A DNA stretch of 64,000 bases from Octopus sinensis (GCF_006345805.1 NC_043013.1:28210001-28274000); one strand, 5' to 3'. Positions 13,861 to 27,278 are shown, numbered from the stretch's first letter. Numbers and translations: made by a program. Notes: generated from the sequence alone by a model not told the origin.

Positions 13861-14048
13861 CTGTGTTTCTTTCAATCACTTTAAATATAACAAAGAATTT
13901 AGTAAAATAACTTAGTTATTATTAAGCTAGTGTCAGGAACATAAATTGTGACTAAGGTTTGGTGGAAGATTTTAATTCAAAACGTATGGTAACAAGACAT
14001 TTGTACTTAGAGCCAGAGCTGTTTTCAGCCAGGTTGGTAACGAAAGGG
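13861..14048 (-). mobile_element. piggyBac-type MITE, truncated
   Basis: Ends AAAGGG followed by TTAA (14049-14052); same family as 15967 and 22045. Confidence 0.75.
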
Positions 14049-14734
14049 TTAAACATCAAATGGCTATGGGGGCCCAGTGTTGTAAACTAGGAATCACAGG
14101 GAGCCATAGGTTTAAAAAAATGGTTGAGAACCACAGGCCTAAGCCCTTGAATGTGGTGCTCCAGCAAGGCCACAATCCGGTGGCTAAAACAAGTAAAAGC
14201 TAAAAGACAAGAATATTAATCTTCCCTACCATCATAGTCAGAATGATCATTTTCTCATACTTGCACACAAGTTGGCCATAATAAACGTAGGAGGAAAATC
14301 AAGAAAATAGCATATTGTTTGAATTACATCATTTTAAAATAAGAATACAAACAGCTCTAAAACAGTGAATATGTAAATAATTTACCAAAGCAATCAGGCT
14401 TAAATTAAACATTTGTTGTTTTCAAATTTCAATTTCTGCTCAAGTTGATCTCAATGCAAAAGATTTAAAATATTAAAATAAAAATCTCTAAATTACAAAC
14501 TTAGAGAATAACTTTCAAGGATAGCAATTTAATCAAGAAAAGAGGAAGATATGAAATAAACTGAAAATTCAAAGCTAAAATGAATTACCAAGATAATAAA
14601 TGAGATTGAATAAACAAAAGCAGAAACGTAGGTTCAATTCTGCTTGAAGGATGAAATAATGAAAGTGTCCTTGACATTTTGCATAGATGTTATACATGTA
14701 GATACAATGCATTCTAAATGTGTATGTGTGCATT

Positions 14735-15182
14735 TGAGAGAGAGAGAGAAAGTGAGCGTGAGTGAGAGAGTATGTGTGTTTGCAACAGAGAGAGAATGAG
14801 AGAGAGAGAGAGAGAGAGAGAGTATGTGTGTTTGTGAGGGGGGATGAGTGAGTGCATGTGTGTGTATTTAAGAGAGAGAGAGAGAAAGAGAAAGAGTGAA
14901 TGTCAGAGAGAGAGAGTGAGAGAGAGAGAGCATGAGTGAGAGAGTATGTGTGTTTGCAACAGAGAGAGAATGAGAGAGAGAGAGAGTGTGTGTGTTTGTG
15001 AGGGGGAATGAGTGAGTGCATGTGTGTGTATTTAAGAGAGAGAGAGAGAGAGTGAATGTCAGAGAGAAAGAGTGATTATCAGAGAGAAAGAGTGAATGTC
15101 AGAGAGAAAGAGTGAATGTCAGAGAGAGAGAGTGAGAGAGAGAGCATGAGTGAGAGAGTATGTGTGTTTGCAACAGAGAGAG

Positions 15183-15216
<34 letters not shown>

Positions 15217-15345
15217 TGTGTGTGTTTGTGAGGGGGGGATGAGTGAGTGCATGTGTGTGTATTTAACAGAGAGAGAGTGAGTGAATGTCAGAAAGAGAGA
15301 GTGAGAGAGAGAGAGAGTGTGAGTGAAAGAGAGAGTGAGCAAATT
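14735..15345. repeat. GA-rich higher-order tandem repeat (three units of about 175-215 bp)
   Basis: Marker TTTGCAACAG recurs near 14782, 14956 and 15170; GAGGGGG(A)ATGAGTGAGTGCATG recurs three times. Confidence 0.9.
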
Positions 15346-15966
15346 TGTGTGTGTGCGTGTGTATGCGGGTATATGGAGCACATTCATAAATTCATTTAAA
15401 AGTACATTTATCAGAGTATGTGTTTTCACAAAACTCCTTTGCTTGTGTCATTACGTCTGAGTAGATGCGTTACTTTGTTAAGTAAGTGCTTGGTTGAGAG
15501 GGAGTGATGTATGAGTATCATCCTCAAACATCACCCTCATTCCCTCTTTCAACATCACTACAGTCATAAATCTAACAGAAAACACACACACATGTCTGTC
15601 TGCTTGTGTATGTGTGTGTGTTTACTTATGTGTCGTCTGATACCATCTCTGCATCTTCCTCCCAGCCGATCAACAAACAAGTCCTTGTGACTTCTTAGAC
15701 AAGCACTCGTCACTGTGCTTAAGTTTTTAAGTTTTTAGGCAGTTCTAAGCAGGTGGTGTATAAGTTAGTTGTACCTCTGTTGTTTTATATGATCAGCCCA
15801 CTGCAAACAGTGGTTTCTCAACCAGACGCATGTCCAGAATAGTGTTAAGCATGTCAGTTTTTACGATTTTAACACGAAATAACTTCTAAAATACCAAATT
15901 TTGTCAAAAATGTTCAAAGTAAACCGTATTCTGCACGAGACGTTCCACCAATATATGAAGTTTTAA

Positions 15967-16419
15967 CCCTTTCGTTACCAACCCGGCCTAAACCAGCTTT
16001 GGCTTTGTAGTACTTGTTTTCATAAGTCTTGAATTAAAATCTTCCACCAAATCTTAGTCACAATTTATGCTCCTAACACTAGCTTAATGATAACTAAGTT
16101 ATTTTACTAAATTCTTTGTTACATTTAAGATTAATTGAAAGAAACACAGAACATCTCAACAGAATTATGGTAGCAAAAGAGTAACAATTCTTAACCATTT
16201 CAATACCAACCTGGCTGAAACCAACACTGGCTCTGTAGTACAAATGACTTGTTTTCATAAGTCTTGAACTAAAATCTTCCACCAAACCTTAGTCACAATT
16301 CATGCTCCTAACACTAGCTGAATGATAACTAATTTATTCTACTAAATCCTTTGTTATATTTAAAGTAATTGAAAGAAACAGAGAGCATCTCAAAATAAAT
16401 ACAGTAATGAAAGAGTCAA
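15967..16419 (+). mobile_element. Two head-to-tail piggyBac-type MITEs
   Basis: TTAA-CCCTTTCGTTACC at 15963 and TTAA-CCATTTCAATACC at 16191; bodies align with each other and with 22045-22265 and 61940-62140. Confidence 0.8.
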
Positions 16420-16500
16420 ACTGTTTAGTCTTAAAAAATGAAATAAAAAAATCTGCGAGCCAAACTGAACAGATCCTCACTTGGAACCATCAAATAATTG

Positions 16501-16716
16501 ATTTCAAATTTTGGCACGAGGCCAGCATGTTTAGGGGAGGGATAAATCGATTACATTGACCCCAGTGTTTAACTGATATTTATTTTATTGACCCCGAAAG
16601 GATGAAAGGTAAAGTTAACCTCAGTGGAATTTTCAACTCAGAACATGAAGACAGGTGAAATGTCATTAAGCATTTTGCTCAGTGTGCTAATGATTCTGTC
16701 AGCTTGCCACCATTTG
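16501..16716 (-). mobile_element. SINE family B
   Basis: Perfect 14-bp TSD CCATCAAATAATTG at 16487-16500 and 16717-16730. Confidence 0.9.
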
Positions 16717-19184
16717 CCATCAAATAATTGGCAGCAAAGATGGCTAAAGTGTGACATTTTTCACTTGCGCACAACATTCAGCAAACTTAGTGTACTGCCT
16801 ACTTAGCCTCGGACAGATTCTTTAGTCTTGCAGGCTGTCCACCAGATCTACAGCATTTGGTGTTGGAACCACAACACAAAGCTACTGACTTGGCACAATT
16901 GTTCAGTATTTGGAAGCCTTGCGTTTAACTTCATCAGTTGCATCTTTGTGTAGGTCAATGCACTTTGATCTTTTTACACCTTGGGTCAGGTCACCTAGTC
17001 TATACTGCACGAGTGCAATATAAAGATTTTAAATAAAATCTAGGACTTTTTTTTTTATGCTTTTATTTTTGCTTTACAGAGGGTGATTCTAAGTTGACTC
17101 GCAATAATCACCCTGATGTATTTTAGACTGTTACAATCAACAGCTTGCCTCTAATTAGACAGCAAAAAAAAAAAAATCAACAACAGAGAATGAGGACAAA
17201 AATGGAAGAGAGGGGAAGAGGAGAGAATGAGAGAGAGAGGGTGAGAAGAGAAAGAGAGCGAGAGAGAGAGAGAGTAATGAATTTGTTTAACCTACTAAAA
17301 TGTAATTTGTAAAAAACAAGTTGATTTCATAAAAATAATAGGGGAAAAAAAATACTTTAATAGCCTCCACTAAAGTTTGAAATCTGATATTATAGTTCTG
17401 AATGACAGTGGCACAGCTGGTCAATCAAGGTTGTGTCAGATGACCAGCCACAGTATTGCTGTTTAAATCTTCACAGCAAACTTTTTTTTTTTTTTCCATA
17501 GCTAAAAACGCTTAACATCATGTAACACTCAGTAGTGCAGTCCATCCAGCTGTAAACGGAGTCTACATGTTGCTTAAAACCTTACTGTTGTAAAGTGAGA
17601 AGAGTACGTTATAATTAAGGAGTAATTCATTAATTAGCAACACTGAAATCAAACACATCCTCCTTGTGGACCTGGGGCTATGCTAAAAGAATTTACATAG
17701 TAGTTCTATGTCAAGAAACTGTATCACAAACCAAACTGAAATGAACTGTGAATGACATACATATATGCTAAGTAATACAGTAGAGAAAGCCAAGTAAAAA
17801 GAGCACCCAACCCCATGATATATGGGGTGGGTGAGGGGATGGGGGTGCTGTATTTAATAAGAGAAGACAGACAGATTGAGTTGATAAAGTACTTCTTAAC
17901 AGAGGTTGGTAGCTCATACACTTTTACTAGCACTGTATTTTCATTATGGCCATAACACATAACTCTCAAACAGCTGACTACCTCCCAAAAGCAAAAGGTG
18001 TTGAACTTCAACATGGTTTCTTCAATTTCAAGAAATAGCAACCAATTCTTCCTTAACTCACACCTGCTGCCTCAGAAACACAGTTTACCAAAATGAACGG
18101 GGGAAAAAAATGGTAGTCTCAACTGGACTGGTTTCCTTTATAGGTCAGCTTGAATAGGGTTCTTACACAACAACCAAAACCAAAGTCAGTGCTGGGCTGG
18201 TATATAATCCACTGTAAATCTAACAAGTATTTTTTTAGACCTCAGTGGGGGTATTTGAATCCCCTGTCAAGGAAAGCCACCAGCAACAAGCTAGCATATT
18301 TTCAAGGAGAGATTTATCAGTGCAACTTTAGCATGCAGTCTTTCACAGTATCCATAGTATATGCTGTGAAATGGCATAATCTGGGTTAGGAATAGGGTTT
18401 AGGGCTATGGTTATGATTAGACTTTAGGTTCAGATTGGATTCTAAAGTGTAAATAGCCTTGTGAACCAAATGCCAAAATGGTACCGATTTATCTTTCTTG
18501 TACTTCAAATATAAAATGAACTTGAGTACCAACATTCTGGATCTTTCTGATTCAGGAAAGAGGATTAGCTAAAGTAAAGACATTGTTTCCACAGTGAAAT
18601 ATTCTTTAATTAAGAGAAGCAATCTTATGAAGAAATGATATTTCTATTGATTTTCATTTATCATTATTTTTTTTCCCCATACACAGGTGTTTACAATGAG
18701 TTGCCATCATCAACATCTGATAAATTTAATCAGAATGATTTTAGATTACATGAATATACACATACATGCACACACACAAACATACAAATATATACATATA
18801 TATAAACACACACATACACATGAATACAGAGACATATATCCAAATACCTTTTATATATATATATATAATCAAATATAAATAAAATATAAATACATAAACA
18901 CACACACAGATAAATATCTATATACATATACAAGCATATACATACATAGATATCTGCACACATACATATAGCAGAAAAACACATTAATTGGAAATTTATA
19001 AAAATATTAAATAAAATCTTAAATTTTCTTTTCACTTTTTCTTTAATTATTTATATATTATTTTTATTTTTTTCTCAAAGCAATTAAGATATGGAAATAA
19101 AGATCTGAAAATAGAAATATTGAAATGTTATTTAGAAGATTTGATAGCATAGGAATCTTACAGCAGAATATACAGACAACACAT

Positions 19185-19575
19185 TTATTTATATATATAT
19201 ACACACACATACATATATACATATATATACACACACACACATATATATATACATATATATACACAAATATATATATATACGTATATATACACACATATAT
19301 ATATATATACATATATATATACACAAATATATATATACATAAATATATATACACATATATATGTACACATATATATACACATATACACACACACACACAT
19401 ATATATATATACACACATATATATATACACATAGATATGCACACATAATATACATATATATACACATATACACATACACATATATATACATATATATACA
19501 CACACAAATACACACACACATATATATATATATATACATATATATACCCACACAAATACACACACACACACACTT
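19185..19575. repeat. Compound (TA)/(CA) microsatellite
   Basis: Direct reading. Confidence 0.97.
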
Positions 19576-19924
19576 ACAATAAGCATATTCATGACTCAGC
19601 TTGCAATCATGATTTCTAATAATCAATATAGCACCGTTAAGGACCAGCTCATTAGAAAATAGACAAATCTGAGGAAGTCTTTGACAGATTTCTCAAATGA
19701 GTTGAATAAACTAGCATGGCTAATGAATAAATGAATGATGTGAAGATGAAGTGTTTAAAGTAGTTGACGAAAATGGAGAACATAAATAAGATTACAGCCA
19801 CTGATATCCAGTTAAATCAAAGTGGAAGATTCTCTAACAAGCAATGTTTTTATCTTAATTCTAGTGCCATTTCTACAATAGCTTTAATGAGTCCTGGTGC
19901 AATGAGAGATATCAGAAATAATCA

Positions 19925-20198
19925 TTTCTACTACAGGCACAAGGCCTGAAATTTGGGAGCAGGGGTTAAGTCAATTACATTGACCCTAGTGCATACTGGT
20001 ACTTATTTAATCAATATATGTGTATATGTGTATATATATGTGTATATATATATGTGTATATATATATATGTGTATATATATCTATGTATATATATATTTG
20101 TGTATATATATGTATATATATATATATTTGTGTATATATATATGTGTGTATATATATACATATATATATATTTATGTATATATATATGTGTGTGTGTG

Positions 20199-20230
<32 letters not shown>

Positions 20231-20385
20231 TATGTATGTGTGTGTGTGTGTGTATATATATATGTATGTGTATGTGTGTGTGTGTGTGTGTGTGTGTATG
20301 GTGAAAGACAAAGTCAACCTCAATAGAATTTGAACTCAGAATGTAGCAGTAGACAAAAATACCACTAAGCATTTTGCTCGACGTG
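19925..20385 (-). mobile_element. SINE family B split by a 285-bp microsatellite (20015-20299)
   Basis: ACTTATTTAATCAA|microsatellite|GGTGAAAGACAAAGTCAACC; other copies read ACTTATTTTATTGACCCCGAAAGGATGAAAGG uninterrupted. Confidence 0.85.
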
Positions 20386-20411
20386 ATAATAATAATAACA
20401 ATAATAATAAT

Positions 20412-21010
20412 AAGGAATATATTCACAGACATGACAGAGTTGGGATCAATATACATTGGAAGCTGTGCCAACACTATGGAATAACAACTGAAAAAAGACA
20501 GTATAGGCACACGCCAGTAAAGGTCACAGAAAATGAGATAGTAACCATACTCTGGGATATGCCAATACATACAGACAAAGAAATTAAGGCCAATAGGCCA
20601 GATATAGTTTTTCAGAAATCACCAAGAAAAAAAATGCTTTCTAATCGATGTATCAATACCAACATATGACAGTGTTTCTCTAAAAGAAATAGAGAAACTT
20701 TCAAAATACGAAGATCAGGAAATAGCGGTAACTTGAATGTGGAGACTATAAACAGAAACCATTCCTATCATAGTGGGCGCATTAGGTATGATAAAAAATA
20801 TTTAGACAAATACATAACAAAAACACCAGAACTTACAAGTATATATAACATACAGAAAATAGCACTACTAGACACCACATACATCCTACGTAAAACACTT
20901 TCAATACAGTAACTATAAGAGTATCACAACAAACTACAGCACATAGCCAAGGCACACAGAGCTGCACTTGGTAGTGCAGTGAAAGCACATGATAAAAATA
21001 AGACTAGTGA
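20412..21010 (+). mobile_element. R4/Dong-clade non-LTR retrotransposon 3' end (REL endonuclease domain), decayed
   Basis: Translation KEYIHRHDRVG...ILWDMPIHTDKEIKANRPDIV...FLIDVSIP...KEIEKLSKY...IPIIVGALG (RHD and PD-D-K motifs of restriction-like endonuclease LINEs), with stops and frameshifts; ORF ends at TAA 20910-20912; (TAA)n on both sides. Confidence 0.88.
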
Positions 21011-21064
21011 ATAATAATAATAATAATGATAGTAAACACAACAATAATAATAATAATAATAATA

Positions 21065-21270
21065 GTTTTAAATTTTGGCACAAGGCCAGCAAGTTTGGGC
21101 AGAAAGGGGATAGTCAATTACATCATCCCCAGTACATAACTGGTACTTATTTTACTGACACCCCCCCCCCCCAAAAAAAAATATGATAGGCAAAGTTGAC
21201 TTCAGCAGAATTTGAACTCAGAACATAAACATTTTTGCCTAGCACACTAACAATTCTACCAGCTCACAAT
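21065..21270 (-). mobile_element. SINE family B
   Basis: Reverse-complement similarity to 28103-28339. Confidence 0.75.
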
Positions 21271-21320
21271 AATAATAATACTGTGTGTTCATGACATGGA
21301 GAAATGTTATATATTAACAT

Positions 21321-21785
21321 GAACACATGGTAAGATGTTTGCTCCCCAACCACATGGCCTTGAGTTCAGTCTCACTGTGTGGTACCTTGGGAAAATATCT
21401 TCTACTATAGCTTAAGGCCAACCAAAGCCTTGAGAGTAGATTTAGTGGACACAAACTGAATGAAGCTCATACATGCATGTGTGTGTGTGTGTGTGTGTAT
21501 GTCTGTGTGTCTGTATATGTACATGCACGTGTGCACAGGCACATGTGTGTGTGTGTGTATGGATGTTACTGTCTCTTTGCCTTGACACTGTATGATTGTT
21601 GTAAGCAAATGTCACCATCATGCAAGCAGTGCCCTCCATTTCCAATCTTCCATGAAAATAAATCTAATCATGAGGAAACGTTACCCTACCTGGAAGCAGA
21701 TGCGGGTTGGCAAGAGGAAAGACATCCAGCAATAGAAAATTCAACTTCAATAAGCTCCATGCGAACTGGTCGATGATGATGATAT
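21321..21785 (+). mobile_element. SINE family E head + microsatellite + body 2 with RTE-like (GAT)n tail
   Basis: Head 21321-21475, TG tract to ~21560, body 2 ending GGAAAGACATCCAGC...GATGATGAT; same architecture at 43560-43925 (+), 33580-34015 (-) and 59660-60060 (-). Confidence 0.8.
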
Positions 21786-22044
21786 TTACAATAATGATGC
21801 TAAACAAAAATATTGGACAGCAAATGTAAAACAGCTGTTTAGCTATTGCCAAATGGAAATTGCTAAACAAAAGGCCAGGCTTAGATGAAGAATCATGCAT
21901 CAACCATTACGGCCTTCAATCAAGACAAGTGTCATAGAACAGAAAGAGGTCTCTATTCCTATAACCCTGTTCTGACCATTTCACTTCTATTACATTGATA
22001 GTATTCCAAAGAAAGGCATGAAAGCCATAGAGTCTCAATATTAA

Positions 22045-22265
22045 CCCTTTTGTTACTGTATTTCTGTTGAGATGCTCTGTGTTTCTTTCAATTACTTTAA
22101 ATATTACAAAGAAATTAGTAAAATAACTTGGTTATCATTCAGCTAGTGTTAGGAACATAAATTGTGACTAAGGTTTGATGGGAGATTTTAATTCAAAACT
22201 TATGAAAACAAAACATTTGTATTACAGAACCAGGGCCGGTTTCAGCCGGGTTGGTAACGAAAGGC
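22045..22265 (-). mobile_element. piggyBac-type MITE
   Basis: TTAA at 22041-22044 and 22266-22269; termini CCCTTT...AAAGGC. Confidence 0.85.
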
Positions 22266-24169
22266 TTAAGCTCCTATAATTCTCATACTTCATGCCTTTC
22301 TAAGAAACTAAGTCTTACTGAATCAAAGAAAGAGCATCTACATTGTCACACACTCTGTTGGAAATAGTAGAAAAATCTCTTTCAAAGAAGACTGTGCTAA
22401 AAGTGGATAAACTGGAAAGTTAAGTCCAAAGTACATGATATTATATCGTGTATGTCGATATGATAAAATATCAGATTGGCACCAGTGGAATATCTTTCTT
22501 CATAGGTTTGATTGATCAAGATCAATAAACAACAACAGCAACAACCTAATGTTTAAAAAAAAAACTGGAAATAACAGAATTTGAGACTAAATGCATTACA
22601 GTATATTAAATTTTATACATCTAAATTCTAAGTTCAACCTCCACTGAAGGTTGATAATATATTTCAGTTTTATGGAGTGTCGATAATAAAATACTTACCA
22701 ATAGTATATGAGAGTATGATTTAATTGACTGCACAGTGTTCTTTCCAATATTGGTAGAGCTTAAGTAAGAAATCAATAATCTGAAGAAACAATATTTCAG
22801 AACCATTGATTTCTAAATCCACAAATGGTTAGATGGTATTGATGATGATGATGAAGAGGGGGAAGATGATAAAATGTAACATTTATTGCCATATCATCTA
22901 AAACAGCACAATTCAGAGACCTTAACCTCGAAATACAAGCTGAAGCCTAATTTCCACAGCGCTGCTATTTCTTGATACCAAACCACCTGAAACTGTCCCA
23001 GGTTCTATGATACAAAATTTCTGTTTAAAGTGATCGAAATCAAAACTTCCATCAAACTTCATGTTAATTTATGTTCCAAACATAAGTAAATTTTTTTTAA
23101 TTTTAAAATTAATTGAAACAAATGCAATGTATTTCAACAGAATTACAGCAATGAATTACAGTAGTGAATCATTTTTTCTAGTCATATCGACTTACAAAAG
23201 TGTCCTGGGCCCTGGTCCAGCAGTTCCAACGTTTTGAGCAGTGTGGAACCACCTCTTAGCCACTGTTGCTCTCAGTTCTACTCAGATCTGGAGCAGTAGC
23301 ACCAGTCAGGGTCCTAGCTATATGCTAATTAGCATATTAAGGCTTGCTTATACATGCATACGAAGACTGGATCTTGTGGATTCTGCAGAAGAAACTGCCA
23401 CAGTTTAACAAGGAGGAAGGCCAGCTGCAGCAACACATTGTGGAGTGCGGACAGCAAAATAAGACAAATAAGACATCTTGGTTGTCTATGCTTCCAGTTT
23501 GATCCTTAGTCATCTTGACCTCCTCTCACCATTGGACTGAAGATGGTCAAGGACAAAAGAGCAGGGTTGATGGTGCACAACTTTTCTTCACCTTAAACAA
23601 AGTCACTGGGCAAGTCATCAGTCATCTCTAGGATGATCAGGTTATCAATGCCCTGGTGGATGACCATACTTACAAAAGCACAGACCAGTGCATGCTTGGC
23701 ATTAATGGGAACTAACAGGTAACTCCATTCTCCCACCAAACATCTTAACACCTGAACTGGATCCCTGCCACCAAGAGCAGCTTAATGTCTAACCCAAGAC
23801 AACGCAGTAACTAGGAGGACTACATTATCTAATATGTACTTCCTTTTAATTTTGCTTAAGAAGGTAGAACGTGATTAAAGAGAGATCTGGTTAGTATTAA
23901 TATCAGGTCCAATGCATACATAGAAGTCTCCCTCATTGGCTTCATATTCTATAAGTAGAGATACACTGTAGAAACAACAAATCTATTGGCTTAAATCAAC
24001 ATTGTAATGAAAACTTAAAATTAAAAGAAAATAAAAATTTAATAAACTAAAAAGAAAAATAAACAGAAAAATTTAGAATTTATATATTGAAATTTTTAAT
24101 TTGGTAATTATGGTAAAATATGCAAAAATTATTAATATGCAAAAGCATTGCACTACTTATATGCATATA

Positions 24170-24480
<311 letters not shown>

Positions 24481-25221
24481 CATATTTCAAATTCATAAAA
24501 ATTTATTAAATGCAGCCATAATCACTGGTTTGAAAGTCATAAAATATGTTTAATTACATCAGATAAATCTATGGTGTACACAGTTAAATTTTATCACTGG
24601 CTGCATACAACGAATTATGGAGTAAAGTGCATTTAGATTCTAAGAGAAAACGCTATGTGATGATTTATAACTAGAGCAACTTTAGGCTTCCAGTAAGAAG
24701 GAAAGGCAAGGTTGAAATCTATTCCTTCATTTTCCTTCCTGAAATTTGTCTTCTTTGTAGAAATTTCTAATATTTTACACATTTTGGACAAAAACATGGA
24801 TGCATATATTCATTATACATGCATATAACCATTACAGATACACATAACCATTATATATATGTGCATATAACCATAATAACATAAACATCAGCCATATAAA
24901 TATACACAAACACACATATATATATACACATATACATACACACACAGACATATATGTACACATATACATATACACACATACATATACATACACATAAATA
25001 CATACATACACACACACTTCATTATTAAAGCTGCAAAGACATCACAAAAAACTGTTACTCAGAGTTTCACGTTCCTGTTTGTCAGGCAGTTTTGGTTGAG
25101 AACATCTAAATGGCTAACAACCATTTTTGCAGCTTTGATAATAAAGCATATTACTCTACCTCTGGTATTCAAGTACTATTTTCTCCACCTTGTTTCACAT
25201 TTATGTACTTACTCTGGTATC

Positions 25222-25408
25222 ATCATCATCGTTTAACGTCTGCTTTCCATGCTAGCATGAGTTGGACGGTTGGAGTGTAGTGGGTGATTTTATGTGCCAC
25301 CGACACAGGTGCCAGACGAGGCTGGCAGACGGCCACACTCGGATGGTGTTTTTTATGTGCCACCGACACAGGTGCCAGACGAGGCTGGCAGACGGCCACG
25401 CTCGGATG
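25222..25408 (-). mobile_element. RTE-type 3' end with internal deletion and a 63-bp tandem unit
   Basis: (CAT)n + CGTTTAAC; TATGTGCCACCGACACAGG unit at 25291 and 25354. Confidence 0.85.
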
Positions 25409-25459
25409 TATGTATGTATATATATATATATATATATACCACACAATTTACCCATCACA

Positions 25460-26308
25460 TAGGGTGTGATGGGTAAATTATTGCCATTATATATTTTTAA
25501 TTTTGCACATGTGCATTGTTTATTTTTGATTTTGTCAACTACACAGTACAGTAGGGTCAGATGGGCACCATCTGTGAGAAAAACAGCACCATGACGCAAT
25601 TCACTCTGCCAGAAATTTAGAAATGTCATGCTATGCTGCTTGGCGTTTGCATTGGAAGCTCCAAAATGAACATTTCAGAGTACTTGGGTGTCGTGCAATC
25701 TAAGAATGTGTGCCAAGAGTGATAAAAATCAAACATCCAGTCAACATCATGGTGTTTGGAGTGATTGCTAGTGATGGCAACATTATGCTTCCATTTATCT
25801 TCCCACACGGCCTCAGACTCAACATAGAGTCCTAGATCAAGTACCTGGAGGAGGTAGTGCTGCCCTGGGTCAAGAGGGTAGCTGCAAGACCCTATGTTTG
25901 ACAACACAACTCTGCACCATGCCACATAAGCAGGAGAAGCAACTACACCACCCCTGACATCTGGCCACCTAACTCCCCAGACTGCACCCACCTTGATTAT
26001 TATATGTGGGGTGCAGTTGAACAAGTGACCAACAAAACTCCTTGTAACACCGAAGATGAACTGAAGACAAGGATTATGGTAGCACTCACCCACTTAAACA
26101 AGGAGACCATCCAGAATAGTTGCAGGAGATTCCAAAGTTGTCTGGAGTTTGTGGTTGAAGCCAATGGTGATTTTATTAAATAAATTTACTCTTTAGTATT
26201 TCAAGATATATTTATGTAATTTTGGTAAATATATCTGCTAAAATGAGATGTCAGTGTTATTTTCATTTATAGGTAATTTAGACAACAGTTTGTTCACTGC
26301 ACCCTGTA
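25460..26308 (+). mobile_element. Tc1/mariner DNA transposon, maT/DD37D-like, internally deleted and inactive
   Basis: ATG 25591 (MTQFTLPE); catalytic region KHPVNIMVFGVIASDG...HNSAPCH...IWPPNSPDCTHLDYYMWGAVE...FVVEANGDFIK* (TAA 26181-26183) with in-frame stops; diverged TIRs AGGGTG... and ...CACCCTGTA. Confidence 0.92.
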
Positions 26309-26989
26309 TACACAAACAAAAACATGCACAATATACAATCATATATATATATACAGACACACATACACACATACAAATATATATATATATATAATATATA
26401 TATATATATATACATACATATATACACACACACGTTTGTGTGTGTGTATATGTATATATATAGAGAGAGACACACACACACTTACATACAGAGATATACA
26501 CACAAAGATGCACATATACAAATACAAATACATAAATACACATATGTATGCACATACCCACAAATATATATATAAATACACACACACACACACACACAGA
26601 GAGGCTCATATATACACACATAGTACATATCATACACGCATACACATTCCTAAAATAATCTTCAAATTAAATTTATATTCAGCAAATTTTAATTTAACTG
26701 AATAGTTCTGGTATTCTAACATTATCACCAAAAGTTTTCTGCAGTCAGCATAATTTGAGAGCAGAGGAAAGAAATCGGAAAAGTAGAACACTGAACTGCA
26801 AGATCAGTTATTTATTGTGATGTTACTTTAGTTATTCTGATATTCAAATGTTTTCAGTTCTGCCAGGGTCAGATTTGTCTTTTATTCTTCTGAAGATTGT
26901 AAAACACAAGTTTTACTGCTAAGGGTTTAAACAGTTATTCCATTGACAGTGATTTCATAATTATTGTGATTACATTTTTGTAGCTTGAA

Positions 26990-27027
<38 letters not shown>

Positions 27028-27278
27028 ATCTGACAGTATAGTTTTATGTTTCAGATTAGAAATAGTATTATGTTTAATACTTGGGTTACGGCTGAGTTAA
27101 TGTTACCACATGTTAATTCATTTGGGGGGAATATGAAAGCAAAATTAAATTAATTAAAATATTTTATCAATTAAAATTTTAATTAATTAATTTCTAAGGC
27201 AAAAATCACAAACATTAGGTGGCTCCACCAGTATTAAATGAAATTTGTGCTTAGTTACCAGCAAATTTTTTTAATGCA

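Noticed and set aside
16900-16940. CTGATGA on the minus strand as a third hammerhead
   Set aside because: No correctly placed GAAA or stems I/III.
23190-23760. GC-richer segment with two minus-strand GTAAG donors
   Set aside because: Acceptors are weak and the translation is unrecognised; more likely an old decayed transposon, but it could not be classified.
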